Positions 29,330 to 39,439 of a stretch of DNA of 64,000 nucleotides are shown here, in pieces (position 1 is the first letter of the stretch; each line of letters begins with the position of its first letter). Below the pieces are notes generated by a model. That model was not told where the DNA came from. It was given only the letters and a program-made list of their open reading frames with translations, and did no database searches. The translations under genes were made by a program, and so were the position numbers. The DNA is from Phycisphaerae bacterium (lineage in GTDB: Bacteria; Planctomycetota; Phycisphaerae; UBA1845; Fen-1342). The stretch spans positions 160,001 to 224,000 of the forward strand of contig CAXXWX010000001.1 of the NCBI GenBank assembly GCA_963675745.2, written 5' to 3'.

Positions 29330-30355
29330 ATGCAGTTCATCCTCGCAATTGCCGAGACACAACCGGCCGCCGGCGGGAGCGGAGTCATCACCGCCCTGCT
29401 GGTGGCGGCGATTGTGCTCTTTGCTCTCACGTTGATCTTCGCCACGCTGCTCGGCGTCGCAAAGGAAAAGCTGCGTGTCGATGAGGATCCGCGCATCGAG
29501 CAGGTAAACGAGGCGCTGCCCGCGGCCAACTGCGGCGGCTGCGGCTTTGCCGGCTGTGCCGATTTCGCCAAGGCCGTCGTTGAAGAGCGGGCTCCGTGCG
29601 ACGGTTGTCCGGTCGGCGGCGCTGATGTCGCCGCCGCCGTCGCGGCCATCCTCGGTATCGAAGTCGTCAAGACCTATCCATACCGCCCCGTTATACACTG
29701 TGGCGCCAAACGCGAAGACAAGCTCGGCCGAGTCACCTACGAGGGTGTCCAGTCATGCCTCGAAGCTCACACCGTCGGCACCACGCAAGCCTGCACTTAC
29801 GGCTGCCTGGGCTTTGGAGAGTGCGCCGCGGCGTGTAACTTTGACGCGCTGCACATGGTCGACGACAAACCGGTCATCGACTATGAGAAGTGCACCGGCT
29901 GCGGGGCGTGCGTGACGGCCTGCCCGCGCAATATCATCGAGCAGATCCCGTTCAAGCAGGAGCAGATGCTGGTCATCGCCTGCTCGAACAAGGAGCCCAT
30001 CAAGGCCGTCAAGCAGGTCTGCACCGTCGGATGTCTCGGCTGCAAACTCTGTCAGCGGATGTACTCCGACATCTTCGAGGTCAAAGACAACCAGGCGTTC
30101 ATCAATTACGTTAATTACACCGGTACCGAAGATCTCAGCGACGTGATCAAGAAGTGTCCGGCGGATGCGATGGTCTACCTGGGCAAGCCCAAACCACACT
30201 ACGCCGCACAATTGGCCGCGGGCACCGGCGATGACTCGGCACATGAAGACGTTGTCAAGGCACGCGGTGAGGCGGCCAAGGTTGCCGAACTCGACGACGC
30301 TGGCAAGAAAAAGGCCTTCGGTGACGACGAACCCCCGCGCGAGCCAATCCAGTAA
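29330..30355 (+). CDS. rnfB: RnfB polyferredoxin subunit
   Basis: TM anchor, LPAANCGGCGFAGC, multiple CxxCxxCxxxC. Confidence 0.93.
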   Translation: MQFILAIAETQPAAGGSGVITALLVAAIVLFALTLIFATLLGVAKEKLRVDEDPRIEQVNEALPAANCGGCGFAGCADFAKAVVEERAPCDGCPVGGADVAAAVAAILGIEVVKTYPYRPVIHCGAKREDKLGRVTYEGVQSCLEAHTVGTTQACTYGCLGFGECAAACNFDALHMVDDKPVIDYEKCTGCGACVTACPRNIIEQIPFKQEQMLVIACSNKEPIKAVKQVCTVGCLGCKLCQRMYSDIFEVKDNQAFINYVNYTGTEDLSDVIKKCPADAMVYLGKPKPHYAAQLAAGTGDDSAHEDVVKARGEAAKVAELDDAGKKKAFGDDEPPREPIQ

Positions 30356-30442
30356 GCCGGCATAACCACCCCCGGAGCAGCCGCCCCCCGTGGCGGCCGT
30401 TGTATTCGAACGATCACGGCCTTTGGCCGCGGCGTTCGATGG

Positions 30443-31114
30443 TCAGCCGCTCAAAACACTCCAGACCATGCGCGCCACAACCACGTACGCATTCCCCCAC
30501 GACTCGGCGCGGAAGAACTGTACCGGGCTGCCGGGATCGCCGACGAATGGCCGCAGCACCCACCCCATCTGAATACCGACAAACGCATAAATCAGCAGCC
30601 ACGTGCGGAACATCAGCCGGTGACGCGGATTGCGCGCGATCAGCGGCGTGTAGTAGCCTCGCAAGACGTACTGCGCCGCCAGGCTCGCGATGAGAAACAT
30701 CAGCGCATTGAAGAGCACCGCCACCTGGTACCCGGCAAACGAGACATACCAGAACGCCGTGTACGGCGCGAGCGAGACGAGAATAACCGTGAGGGCCGCC
30801 TGCGCCGCCAGCAGAGCGCGAAGCACGGCGGCAAAATCGGCGCGCAGCCCGAAGAGCGTGTTGAGCACAAAAAAGCTCGGCAGACTGAGCGCAAACGTCG
30901 CGATCAGCAGCAGCGGCACCTTGGTGGCTGAGTAAAACACCTGCGCCAGGCGCTCGCCGGCCACTCCGCCAAACGACCCCATCACGCCGCCGTATATCAT
31001 CCCGGCGGTGACGGTGCAGGCCAGCAGGAGGCCGAGTGTGCGCTGCACCGGCTGGTGCTCTGGTGTCGCGCGGCCGCGGAGGATTGCGTCAGCTTGGCTG
31101 ATCCAGGCAGTCAT
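30443..31114 (-). CDS. Multi-TM membrane protein (paralog of adjacent gene)
   Basis: KVPLL, LPSFFVLN, W..IYAFVG.QMGWVLRPF. Confidence 0.75.
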   Translation of the reverse strand: MTAWISQADAILRGRATPEHQPVQRTLGLLLACTVTAGMIYGGVMGSFGGVAGERLAQVFYSATKVPLLLIATFALSLPSFFVLNTLFGLRADFAAVLRALLAAQAALTVILVSLAPYTAFWYVSFAGYQVAVLFNALMFLIASLAAQYVLRGYYTPLIARNPRHRLMFRTWLLIYAFVGIQMGWVLRPFVGDPGSPVQFFRAESWGNAYVVVARMVWSVLSG

Positions 31115-31121
31115 ATCGTGG

Positions 31122-31955
31122 CTATGTGAACAGCGATCTGATGGTGCCGATCAGTGCTTCGAAGAAACTGGAGCAGCGCGGCCGGAACCACTGGAACTCC
31201 AGCGCCGGGTGGCCGATGAAGGGACGCAGTATCCACGACATCTGCGCGCCGACCAGTGCGAATATCACGAGCCAGCAGCGAAACACGGATTTCACATGCC
31301 GGCCGAGCACGTGTCCCTCAATCTGGTCGAGCGCGCCCAGGGGCGCTGGCGGTGCCTCGGACTCGCGGTCAGCGTTTGGCTGGTCGGGCGCGGTCTCGCC
31401 CGGAACCGGCGGGGTCGCGGACCGTGGCGCGTCCGGCGTGGCGGGAGGCTCCTGGCCGATGGTCAGCCGGTGCAGCGTTTGCAGCAAAAAAGCCAGACCC
31501 AGCGTACCCGCGACGGCAAACAGCACCACATTCAGCAGCACCATGAACGCGTAGTTTTCGGTGCTCAGCGAGAAGAACGCGGTGATCGGACCAAATGAAC
31601 CCAGCACGGCCATGGTCACTGTCAACCCCGCGATCAGCAACCTGAATACCGCGGCGATTGAAAGGCGCGATCCAACCAGCGCGTTGAACACATACAGCGA
31701 CGGAAAAGTGACGATGAGCGTCAGGAAAAACAATGCCGGCACCTTCAGTGTGGTGGCCAGCAGTTGCCGGTACTCGGGAACCTCGCGGTTGATCAGCGCA
31801 AACCACCCCATGAAAAACCCGTAGACCAACCCCAGTATGATCGTGACTACAATCACGCCGAACGTCGGGATACGGATGGTACCGTCGCGCAGATCGGCAA
31901 CACGCGTCGCCTCTCCGCGCAGGATGCGGTCCACAGCTTGCAGCCATTTCCACAT
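31122..31955 (-). CDS. Multi-TM membrane protein (paralog of adjacent gene)
   Basis: KVPAL, FPSLYVFN, W..IFALVG.QMSWILRPF. Confidence 0.75.
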   Translation of the reverse strand: MWKWLQAVDRILRGEATRVADLRDGTIRIPTFGVIVVTIILGLVYGFFMGWFALINREVPEYRQLLATTLKVPALFFLTLIVTFPSLYVFNALVGSRLSIAAVFRLLIAGLTVTMAVLGSFGPITAFFSLSTENYAFMVLLNVVLFAVAGTLGLAFLLQTLHRLTIGQEPPATPDAPRSATPPVPGETAPDQPNADRESEAPPAPLGALDQIEGHVLGRHVKSVFRCWLVIFALVGAQMSWILRPFIGHPALEFQWFRPRCSSFFEALIGTIRSLFT

Positions 31956-32128
31956 GTGAGCACCCTCGCGTGATTTGCAAAGTGCGGCGGCGACTGACGC
32001 GACCGATGGAAGCTCGACCGCGCCGGCGTTTCAGAAAGGTCTCTGGTGCCGAAGGCTCATTGTATGTACGGCTGGTTTCGCGTCCAGTTCAACCGGCGTT
32101 CCGGTATTTGACTCTCAATTCGGGCGCA

Positions 32129-32539
32129 TCACGCGTCGTTCTGCAAACGCCGGAGCCGGTATCGCCGGATCGCTTCCAGCAGGCCGAGCGTGGCAGCGCC
32201 GCCGATGCTGTCCGCACACCAATCGCCCAGTTCGGCTCCGCGGCGCATGAGCGGCTGTGTCACCTCGTCAAAGGCCGCATACGCCAGCACAACCACCAGC
32301 GCCTTCCAGACGAACCAAGGGCCGAGGGTTCCGTAGCACGATTTCATGAAACGCCAGAGGAGCAGCGCCAACAGCCCAAACGCCACCATGTGAACCACTT
32401 TGTCGCTGCCGCGCGGTCCAGCCAGATTCAAGCCGGGGAAGTGTGTCACGCAGAACAGGAAAATCCAGTAGGCTGGGAAGATGCGTCGCCAGAAGTGGTC
32501 CGCCGGCGACACTGGCAAACGCGCGTCGTCCGCGCTCAT
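32129..32539 (-). CDS. VanZ-like family protein
   Basis: DKVVH..AFG, DE.TQ...R....D..AD. Confidence 0.8.
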   Translation of the reverse strand: MSADDARLPVSPADHFWRRIFPAYWIFLFCVTHFPGLNLAGPRGSDKVVHMVAFGLLALLLWRFMKSCYGTLGPWFVWKALVVVLAYAAFDEVTQPLMRRGAELGDWCADSIGGAATLGLLEAIRRYRLRRLQNDA

Positions 32540-33480
32540 GACAGCGCTGCCTCCGAGGCGTCCGCGGCGGCGATGTCGCCAGGCTGGGGAGGGACATCCA
32601 GCTCTGCGGCCGGCGCGCGCTGATCACAGGGCGCGGGTGGTGGCAGCTCACCCACGTCCTCACTTGCAAGTGTTGCGGCGTGGACAATGGGCGCAGATGA
32701 CATCGACGTCAATTCGGCCGCCAGTGATTCGTAATCAGCGGCCCCGTGGCTGCCCGGGGCATAATCGAAGATTGTCTTCCCAAAGCTCGGGCACTCGGCG
32801 AGCTTGATGTTGCGGCGAATCCGCGTGTCAAACACCTGCGCGCCGTGCCAGGCATCACCGGGCGACGCCCTCTCGACAAAGTTGCGCACGTCGCCCACGA
32901 CTTCCTGGGCCAGCCGCGTGCCGCTTTCAAACATGCTGAACAAAATGCCGGAGATGCGCAGATCGGGGTTGATTTCATCGCGCACCAACGTGACCGTTTC
33001 GAGCAGCTTGCCCAGCCCCTGGAGCGCCAGAAAGTGCGGCTGAAGCGGGATCAAGACTTCGTGTACGGCCGCCAGAGCGTTGACCGCCAGCAACCCCAGA
33101 GACGGCGCGCAATCCACGAGACAGTAATCTACGTCTTCGAGCAAGGGCCGCAGAGCACCGGCAAGAATCGTATGGCGATCGGGTTGCTCGGCCATCTCGA
33201 TTTCGGCGGCGACCAGATCTACATGTGACGGGAGAACCAGCAGATTCTTGTCGAGCCGGCGCACAGCTTCGAGGACCGAGCGACGCCCGCAGAGCACATC
33301 ATAAATGCTGGGCTCTTGGCCATTGAGCTCAATGCCGAGGTGCATGCTTGCATGGGCCTGTGGATCGCAGTCGACCAGCAGGACGCGCCGGCCGCCACGC
33401 GCGATCGCGGCGGCGACATTCACCGCCGTCGTGGTTTTGCCCACACCACCCTTCTGATTGACCACCGCGATTGACCGCAT
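32536..33480 (-). CDS. ParA/Soj family ATPase
   Basis: NQKGGVGKTT, DCDPQ, DCAPSLG, IRRNIKLAECPSFG. Confidence 0.92.
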   Translation of the reverse strand: MRSIAVVNQKGGVGKTTTAVNVAAAIARGGRRVLLVDCDPQAHASMHLGIELNGQEPSIYDVLCGRRSVLEAVRRLDKNLLVLPSHVDLVAAEIEMAEQPDRHTILAGALRPLLEDVDYCLVDCAPSLGLLAVNALAAVHEVLIPLQPHFLALQGLGKLLETVTLVRDEINPDLRISGILFSMFESGTRLAQEVVGDVRNFVERASPGDAWHGAQVFDTRIRRNIKLAECPSFGKTIFDYAPGSHGAADYESLAAELTSMSSAPIVHAATLASEDVGELPPPAPCDQRAPAAELDVPPQPGDIAAADASEAALS

Positions 33481-33620
33481 GCAACCAGTATAAGAACGAA
33501 CGCCGGGAAGACAAAGGTGATGCGCGCGCGGAATGTGCCGGGAGCGACGGTTGGCAAGACGCTGGCCGCCACGCTGTGGGGAGTCTGAGATCATCCTGAG
33601 TAGGCGTGGCAGGCCGCGCG

Positions 33621-34628
33621 CTACCAGTCTTTCTCGACCGGGCGGCTCTGTGCCTCGCGCAGCGCCTGGAGAATCTCGCGTGCCTTAAGCTGCTCGCGAC
33701 GTTCGCGGGCGTTATCGCGAATGCGTTGTAGCAAGGCCTCGGCTTGCTGGCGCGTCAGGGGCATGGCCTTTGCCGGCCGCTGTTCGTGCTCGCCATCCGA
33801 TTCAGACTCACCCTCGCGCGGTTCACCCTCATTCGCCTGTGGCTGGTTTTCTTCAACGTTCTGATCGCCGGATTGCTGCTCATCCTGAGGCTTGTCCTGG
33901 CCATCTTCGCCCGGCTGCTGCTGCTCATCCTGTTGGTCGGAGTTCTGCTGCTCGCCCTGGTCGCCGGCTTGCTCCTGATTATTCTGCCCATCTTGCTGTT
34001 GCTGCTGCTGGCCATCTTGCGGCTGGGTCGAGGGTTGCGTCGATGGTTGTGTCGACGGCTGGGATTGCGGCTGCTGGCCCTCGGGAGGCTCCAGTTGCTT
34101 GCGCAGTTTGCAGGCCAGTTCGAGATTGGCGCGCGCATCATCACATTGCGGGTCAAGCCGCAGGGCGTCGCGATATTGGGCGATGGCGCGTTCGAGCGAT
34201 GCGCCGGCCCGCTCGGCCACCTGTTGAAGCTGCGCTGGATCCTGTTGACCCTCCGCTGAAGACAAGGTCGCGAGCGTTTCCGCGTAGTTCACATTGCCGA
34301 GGTTGTAACGCATGCGCGCCTCAAACGCCGCGTCGCGCAGCGTGGCCGCCCGCACCCACAGGCCGCGCGCGTCGTCGTACTGCCCGAGCTCGAAATGCGC
34401 CGCCGCCCGATTCTGCAGGAGTTCGGGGAGGATCGACTCGTCGGCGTCCTCGTCAACCTGCGAATACAGCTCCAATGCATCGGCGTAACGCCCGGCCTGG
34501 AATTGCCCATTGCCGGCCTGGATGAGCTCGCGGGACGTGGCCGCAGTGCCGGTAGCCGCGGCCAGCGCGCAGAGGACGATCGGGAGCACTGCCATCCGGA
34601 GATAATCTCTGGAAGCCATCGCGCTCAT
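33621..34628 (-). CDS. BatC-like TPR protein with Q-rich linker
   Basis: Signal/TM segment, TPRs (YNLGN, ARANLELA), Q/E-rich tract, C-terminal VEKDW. Confidence 0.8.
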   Translation of the reverse strand: MSAMASRDYLRMAVLPIVLCALAAATGTAATSRELIQAGNGQFQAGRYADALELYSQVDEDADESILPELLQNRAAAHFELGQYDDARGLWVRAATLRDAAFEARMRYNLGNVNYAETLATLSSAEGQQDPAQLQQVAERAGASLERAIAQYRDALRLDPQCDDARANLELACKLRKQLEPPEGQQPQSQPSTQPSTQPSTQPQDGQQQQQQDGQNNQEQAGDQGEQQNSDQQDEQQQPGEDGQDKPQDEQQSGDQNVEENQPQANEGEPREGESESDGEHEQRPAKAMPLTRQQAEALLQRIRDNARERREQLKAREILQALREAQSRPVEKDW

Positions 34629-35680
34629 GCCGCCTCCTGTGCCTGCCAGCGCTGCGCGGCTCTGGCAAACCGCGGGCCGCCGCCCACCAGCGAATCGAGC
34701 AGCAACAGCGCAAAGGCCGCCACGGCAAAGGGATGATACCGCGACGGCTTGGGAATCAGCTCGCGCTGCTCCTCTTCATGATATTCGATCGCCGACACGA
34801 CGCGGTGGAAGATGCCACCCAAATCGAAGTTCTGCGTGCCGACCGGGACAAACACATTCAGGTCGGACACGCGCGCGATCTCGCGCAGTTGGCCGAAGTT
34901 CGCACGGGTCCAGACCGTATGGCCATCGTGTTCGACATACTCGGTGCCGCGCTCGGTCTGGATCGGGATGCGCGCCCCTTCCCGCTCGTCCCCCAGGGCC
35001 AGCGCCACGATCGGGATGCCATGGTCCTCCCACAGACCACGCGCCGCCTCGACCGGGTAGCTGTCCTGGTCCTCGCCATCGGTGATCAGCACGACCACCT
35101 TATATGTGTCGAGCGGGGAGTTGAACGCGTCGGCGGCCATGCGAATCGCGTCGCCGATGAGCGTACCGCCGCGCGGGCTGCTCTCGGTAGTAACATCCTC
35201 GAGCGCTAGCCGGAAGAATCCGTAATCACTGGTGAGCGGACACTTGAGTCGAGGCACGCCGGCAAACGTGATCAGGCCGACGCGATCGCCGCCCAGCGCC
35301 GGCAGCAGATCCTCGCGGATGGCGATCTTGGCGCGTTCCAGTCGGCTGGGCGCGATGTCGCGCGCCAGCATTGAGCGCGACACGTCAAGCACGACCAGCA
35401 CGTCGACATTGCGCCGAATAACCTTGCGCTCCGTCTCGCCCCAGCGCGGCCCGATCAGTGCGCCAACCAGAGCCACCAGGCAGGCGACCACCAGCACCAG
35501 TCGCAATAGGGGCCGGAGCCAGCCAACACGCGGGGCGAGCACGGCCAGCAACGGCGCATCGGCAAAGGCGCGCATCGCCCGACGTCGTTGCCAGTTGCCG
35601 TATACGCCGATCACGGCCACGCCCAGCGCGACCCACAGCAGGTGCAGCCATTGCAGATTGTCAAACGTCATTCGCGTCAC
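34625..35680 (-). CDS. BatB-like VWA membrane protein
   Basis: DVSRSM, SRL..AK, PLTSDY, ITDGED; GTGA overlap with the batA-like gene. Confidence 0.85.
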   Translation of the reverse strand: MTRMTFDNLQWLHLLWVALGVAVIGVYGNWQRRRAMRAFADAPLLAVLAPRVGWLRPLLRLVLVVACLVALVGALIGPRWGETERKVIRRNVDVLVVLDVSRSMLARDIAPSRLERAKIAIREDLLPALGGDRVGLITFAGVPRLKCPLTSDYGFFRLALEDVTTESSPRGGTLIGDAIRMAADAFNSPLDTYKVVVLITDGEDQDSYPVEAARGLWEDHGIPIVALALGDEREGARIPIQTERGTEYVEHDGHTVWTRANFGQLREIARVSDLNVFVPVGTQNFDLGGIFHRVVSAIEYHEEEQRELIPKPSRYHPFAVAAFALLLLDSLVGGGPRFARAAQRWQAQEAA

Positions 35681-36690
35681 GGGATTTTCCTCAGGCGAGT
35701 GGACGCGAGCAGTGTTTGCAGGCCCAGACACACGAACGCGGTGAGCAGCCACGGCTGTGCACGTTCGTCCCGCATTACAAAGCGTTTCTCCTCTGTGCGC
35801 GTGCGTTCCAGCTTGTCGATCTCGGTGTAAATGTCTTCCAAGGCGGCGGGCGTCCTGGCGCGGAAATGCCGGCCACCGGTGATTTCGGCGATGTGGCGCA
35901 ACGGCCGATCGTCAACCGGTGCGCGCCCGAACCCGAAACGCGCGCCGGTACCGGCTACGATCGTATAGACCTTGATGCCAAACGTCGCCGCCAGATCACC
36001 GGCCTGCTCCGGTGGAATCTCGCTGGCGTTGTCCTCGCCGTCGGTCAGCAGAATGATCACGCGGCTGGTGATGGTGAGCTGTTCGCCGGAGCCGGTCGTA
36101 CGCTTGAGTTCTTTGAGCCGGGCGGCGGCCAGCGCCAGCGCGTCGCCGATCGCGGTACGATTCTCTTCGCGGATGCGCACCGCCTCGGTTTCCTCGAGGA
36201 TCTCGAGCAGCGTGTCGTGGTCAAGCGTCAAGGGGCAGACGCTATCGGGATATAGTGCGAACTTGATCATGCCGATCAGGTCGTTCGGGCGGCCGGGCAA
36301 ATCCTGGCCATCACCCGCCACGAAACGCCGAAAGACGTCCTTGACGACATCGAGGCGAGACTGCGGCGCTTGGCCCACTTCGGTCATGTCCGGATCGAGC
36401 ATGCTGCTGGACGTATCGAGCACCATTTGAATGGCGATGCCCTCGGCGAAGATCTGTTTTGAAACGTCGGCCTTCTGAGGGCGGGCCACCGCAATGATCA
36501 GGGCAACCAGTGCCGCGGAGCGCAACGTGGGGAGAACCCAGCGCAAGCGTGCGGCGCCGCCGGCGGCCCGGATCGTGGCCAAGCCGGAGAACCGAATCAC
36601 CGGGCGCCGAGCCCGTCGTGACCAGTGCCACCACAGCAGCGGCAGCACCAGCAACAGAAAAAACGCCTGTGGATATGCAAAAACTATCAC
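35677..36690 (-). CDS. BatA-like VWA membrane protein
   Basis: F..P..FLLL, ARPQ, DTSSSM, TAIGDA, LTDGEDN, IA..TGG. Confidence 0.88.
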   Translation of the reverse strand: MIVFAYPQAFFLLLVLPLLWWHWSRRARRPVIRFSGLATIRAAGGAARLRWVLPTLRSAALVALIIAVARPQKADVSKQIFAEGIAIQMVLDTSSSMLDPDMTEVGQAPQSRLDVVKDVFRRFVAGDGQDLPGRPNDLIGMIKFALYPDSVCPLTLDHDTLLEILEETEAVRIREENRTAIGDALALAAARLKELKRTTGSGEQLTITSRVIILLTDGEDNASEIPPEQAGDLAATFGIKVYTIVAGTGARFGFGRAPVDDRPLRHIAEITGGRHFRARTPAALEDIYTEIDKLERTRTEEKRFVMRDERAQPWLLTAFVCLGLQTLLASTRLRKIP

Positions 36691-37745
36691 GCCGCCCGCC
36701 CTCCCGCCGACGGCTTTGATGCCTCTGAGCCAATGCCGGCGCGTGTCGTGGATCTGACGAACGTGCGGGCAACATCGAGGGCCTCACCGGCCGCGTCGGC
36801 GTCCGGCTCAAACGCCGCGTATTTCACAACATCACAGCTCTGCATGAACACGCGGAGTTGGTCAACGTCTATGGCCGGCCAGCGATACGCCTCACGGGCG
36901 ATTCTCGTCAGGAACTCGTCGGTCGTCATCTCGGGGGCGGCGACATGAATCTGCTTCTCGATATAACGCCGCAGAATCTCGCTCAGGCCGTAGTAGTGCT
37001 CGCGGATACGCCCCGCGCGCGCCAGATCCTGCGCGGCCAGGGCCGACAGCGCACGCAGCGCCCAGACATCCGCGGGCAATGGCGGCTTGGGGCGCGTCAT
37101 GCGCCGGTGGATCAGCCAGATGGCGGCGATCGCCAGCGCCAGCGCCAGTACAGCCGCGGCCCACACAATCGGCCATAACCACGGATTGACCGGTTTGGGT
37201 GGGAGCAACGTGCCTGTGATTGGGCGCGGCTGCTCGATGCTGTCATGCTCGGTCAACGCGGTGCCCACGTTTATTGTCAGAGTGCTCGACGCAAGCTCAT
37301 GATCGAAGTGGGCCGATTCGTTTGGGTCCGCCGGCCGCGAGGCATACTTCATAACCAGCGGCGGGATTTCAAACGCGCCCGACAACCACGGTGTAACTTC
37401 GAACACACTGCGCCAGTTGAGACCCGCGCCCGCGCCTGGACGCGGCCCGGACGCATCCACGAGCGTTACATCGGCGTCCTTCAGCTCGTCGAGATCGGGA
37501 AACTCCACCAGGTGATCTTCAGGCGTCTCGGCACGAAGCTCAACGGTCAGCGGCTGACCATACGCGGGTGCCTTCGGCGATACTACTACCGTAAAGCTGA
37601 TCGGCCCGCGCTCGGCGGTGGTGCTGGCCACCGGGGGTACCTCGGGTTTGCTGCCACAACCCGCCGCCACCAACGCCAGCACGCACACCGGCAAGCATGC
37701 CACGCGCCGCTGCCGCGCGGCGGATTCGACGCCGCACGCACTCAT
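36687..37745 (-). CDS. Bat-cluster lipoprotein/membrane protein (DUF4381-like C-terminus)
   Basis: Lipobox AAGC, TM, LSEILRRYIE...EMTTDE...D.VKYA. Confidence 0.7.
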   Translation of the reverse strand: MSACGVESAARQRRVACLPVCVLALVAAGCGSKPEVPPVASTTAERGPISFTVVVSPKAPAYGQPLTVELRAETPEDHLVEFPDLDELKDADVTLVDASGPRPGAGAGLNWRSVFEVTPWLSGAFEIPPLVMKYASRPADPNESAHFDHELASSTLTINVGTALTEHDSIEQPRPITGTLLPPKPVNPWLWPIVWAAAVLALALAIAAIWLIHRRMTRPKPPLPADVWALRALSALAAQDLARAGRIREHYYGLSEILRRYIEKQIHVAAPEMTTDEFLTRIAREAYRWPAIDVDQLRVFMQSCDVVKYAAFEPDADAAGEALDVARTFVRSTTRAGIGSEASKPSAGGRAA

Positions 37746-38617
37746 CGCCGTGCCCCCCGCAAGTGGAAGAACTTCCGCAGGGGCTCGACGAATGACTCGC
37801 CGGTCCGCACCTGGATCGCGTCGATGCGGTGCTTGCGGAGCATGCTCAAAAGCTCCTGCCGGCGTTGATCGGCAATCTGTGCGAAACGCCGGCGGAATGC
37901 GCGCGAACTTGCATCCACGACCCGCTGGTCGCCGGTCTCCGGGTCATACAGCTCGAGCAGCCGCATCGGTGGCAGGTGGGCCTCACGGCGATCGCTCACA
38001 ATCACCGGAATCAGGTCGTGCCGGTGGCGGATGACCCGCAAGGCGCCGGTGAAATCGGGGGCCTGAAAATCGCTGATCAGGAAGACGACGGCGCGACGAT
38101 GCAGGACACGGTTAAGCTGCTCCAGCGGTACGCCAACGTTGGTGCCGCGGCCCTCTGGCTGGTGGTAAAGCAGTTCGCGCACGACGCGCAGCACGTGACG
38201 CAGCCCTTTGCGCGCCGGGATGAAGCGCTCGACGCGATCCGTGAACAGTATCATCCCCACTTTGTCGTTGTTCTGATTGGCGGAGAAAGCCAGTGTGGCG
38301 CCGAGCTCGGCAACCAGTTCGGACTTGAGCTGTTCGTGTGTACCGAATGCCTGCGAACGACTCACGTCGACCAGCAACATGATCGTCAGCTCGCGCTCTT
38401 CACGGAAACTCTTGACGAATGGCCGTCCCGCGCGGGCCGTGACGTTCCAGTCGAGCAGCCGGACGTCGTCGCCGGGCTGATACTCGCGCACCTCGTCAAA
38501 CTCGATCCCGCGCCCCTTGAACGCGGAGTGATACTGCCCCGCGAACATGTCATTGACCAGCGCGGACGTTTCGATCTGGATACGGCGGACTTTCTTGAGA
38601 ATCTCTGCGGGGATCAT
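37742..38617 (-). CDS. DUF58 family protein
   Basis: GRGIEFDEVREYQPGDDVR.LDWNVTAR, DVS.S, LISDF. Confidence 0.93.
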   Translation of the reverse strand: MIPAEILKKVRRIQIETSALVNDMFAGQYHSAFKGRGIEFDEVREYQPGDDVRLLDWNVTARAGRPFVKSFREERELTIMLLVDVSRSQAFGTHEQLKSELVAELGATLAFSANQNNDKVGMILFTDRVERFIPARKGLRHVLRVVRELLYHQPEGRGTNVGVPLEQLNRVLHRRAVVFLISDFQAPDFTGALRVIRHRHDLIPVIVSDRREAHLPPMRLLELYDPETGDQRVVDASSRAFRRRFAQIADQRRQELLSMLRKHRIDAIQVRTGESFVEPLRKFFHLRGARR

Positions 38618-38892
38618 CTTTCCAACCGGCGTCGAGTCTGTCTTGCCGCGCTCACGATTACTACGCCAATTTTATTGACAGCGTCGCAAATTGCGAGCGT
38701 TCGGCGCACACGAGATGGTCGGCGGGTGCTTGCCAGCATGCCCCGGGCGTCAATCCACAGTTAGACGCGGATGTCACTCGATCGGATGGACCGGTGACTT
38801 CGGCCGCGGACCGCCCGCGGACAGGCAGTCCCGCCTCCGCGGACCTAACAGGCCCGCGAATACCACGCTGGTGAATCGGGTAGGTGCCGCGA

Positions 38893-38944
38893 GCCGGGTT
38901 CGGCGGGAGCAACTGGTGAACCAGTCATCCCCGCCGAACCTGGC
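38893..38944. other. Long imperfect hairpin
   Basis: gccgggttcggcggg / cccgccgaacctggc with inner actgg-tgaa-ccagt. Confidence 0.45.
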
Positions 38945-39028
38945 CCCCAGGCACGAAATGCGGCATAGTGTGCCCGGCGACCGATAGAGAGACGGCGTCG
39001 GACGTGGTGCCAATCCCCCTGTACGCCG

Positions 39029-39439
39029 CTACGGAAGCGTGTACATGCTGCCGCGGCCGCCCTTGATCTTCTGCCGCTTGATCTTTTTCTCCTTGCACAG
39101 GACGGTCAGGGTGTTGTACGCATCGCCAGGCCGGCCGGCGGCCTTCCACGCCTTGCTGATCTGTGCACCGGTCGCCCCCTTGGCCCCCGCTTTTTTGATG
39201 GTGGTGGCAATCAGCTCGGAGGCGGTCATGTTGAACTTACGGCGTTTGCCTCTCTTTTTGACGGCCGTAAACGCGACCTTCTTGGCGGCGGCGCCGCGAC
39301 CGGTCTTCTTTGTGCTCGGCGTGATCCCAAGGGCGCGAAACGTCCCATCAATTGCGGCAACGGCATCGACGTAGCTCTGTCGCTCGGCCTGTAGCCGGGC
39401 CACTGTGGTCTGGAGATCGTCGATTAGTTTCTTTGACAT
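39029..39439 (-). CDS. Small basic protein, putative nucleoid-associated DNA-binding protein
   Basis: N-terminal coiled coil, K/R-rich linker, winged-helix-like C-terminus; GGAGG RBS. Confidence 0.7.
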   Translation of the reverse strand: MSKKLIDDLQTTVARLQAERQSYVDAVAAIDGTFRALGITPSTKKTGRGAAAKKVAFTAVKKRGKRRKFNMTASELIATTIKKAGAKGATGAQISKAWKAAGRPGDAYNTLTVLCKEKKIKRQKIKGGRGSMYTLP

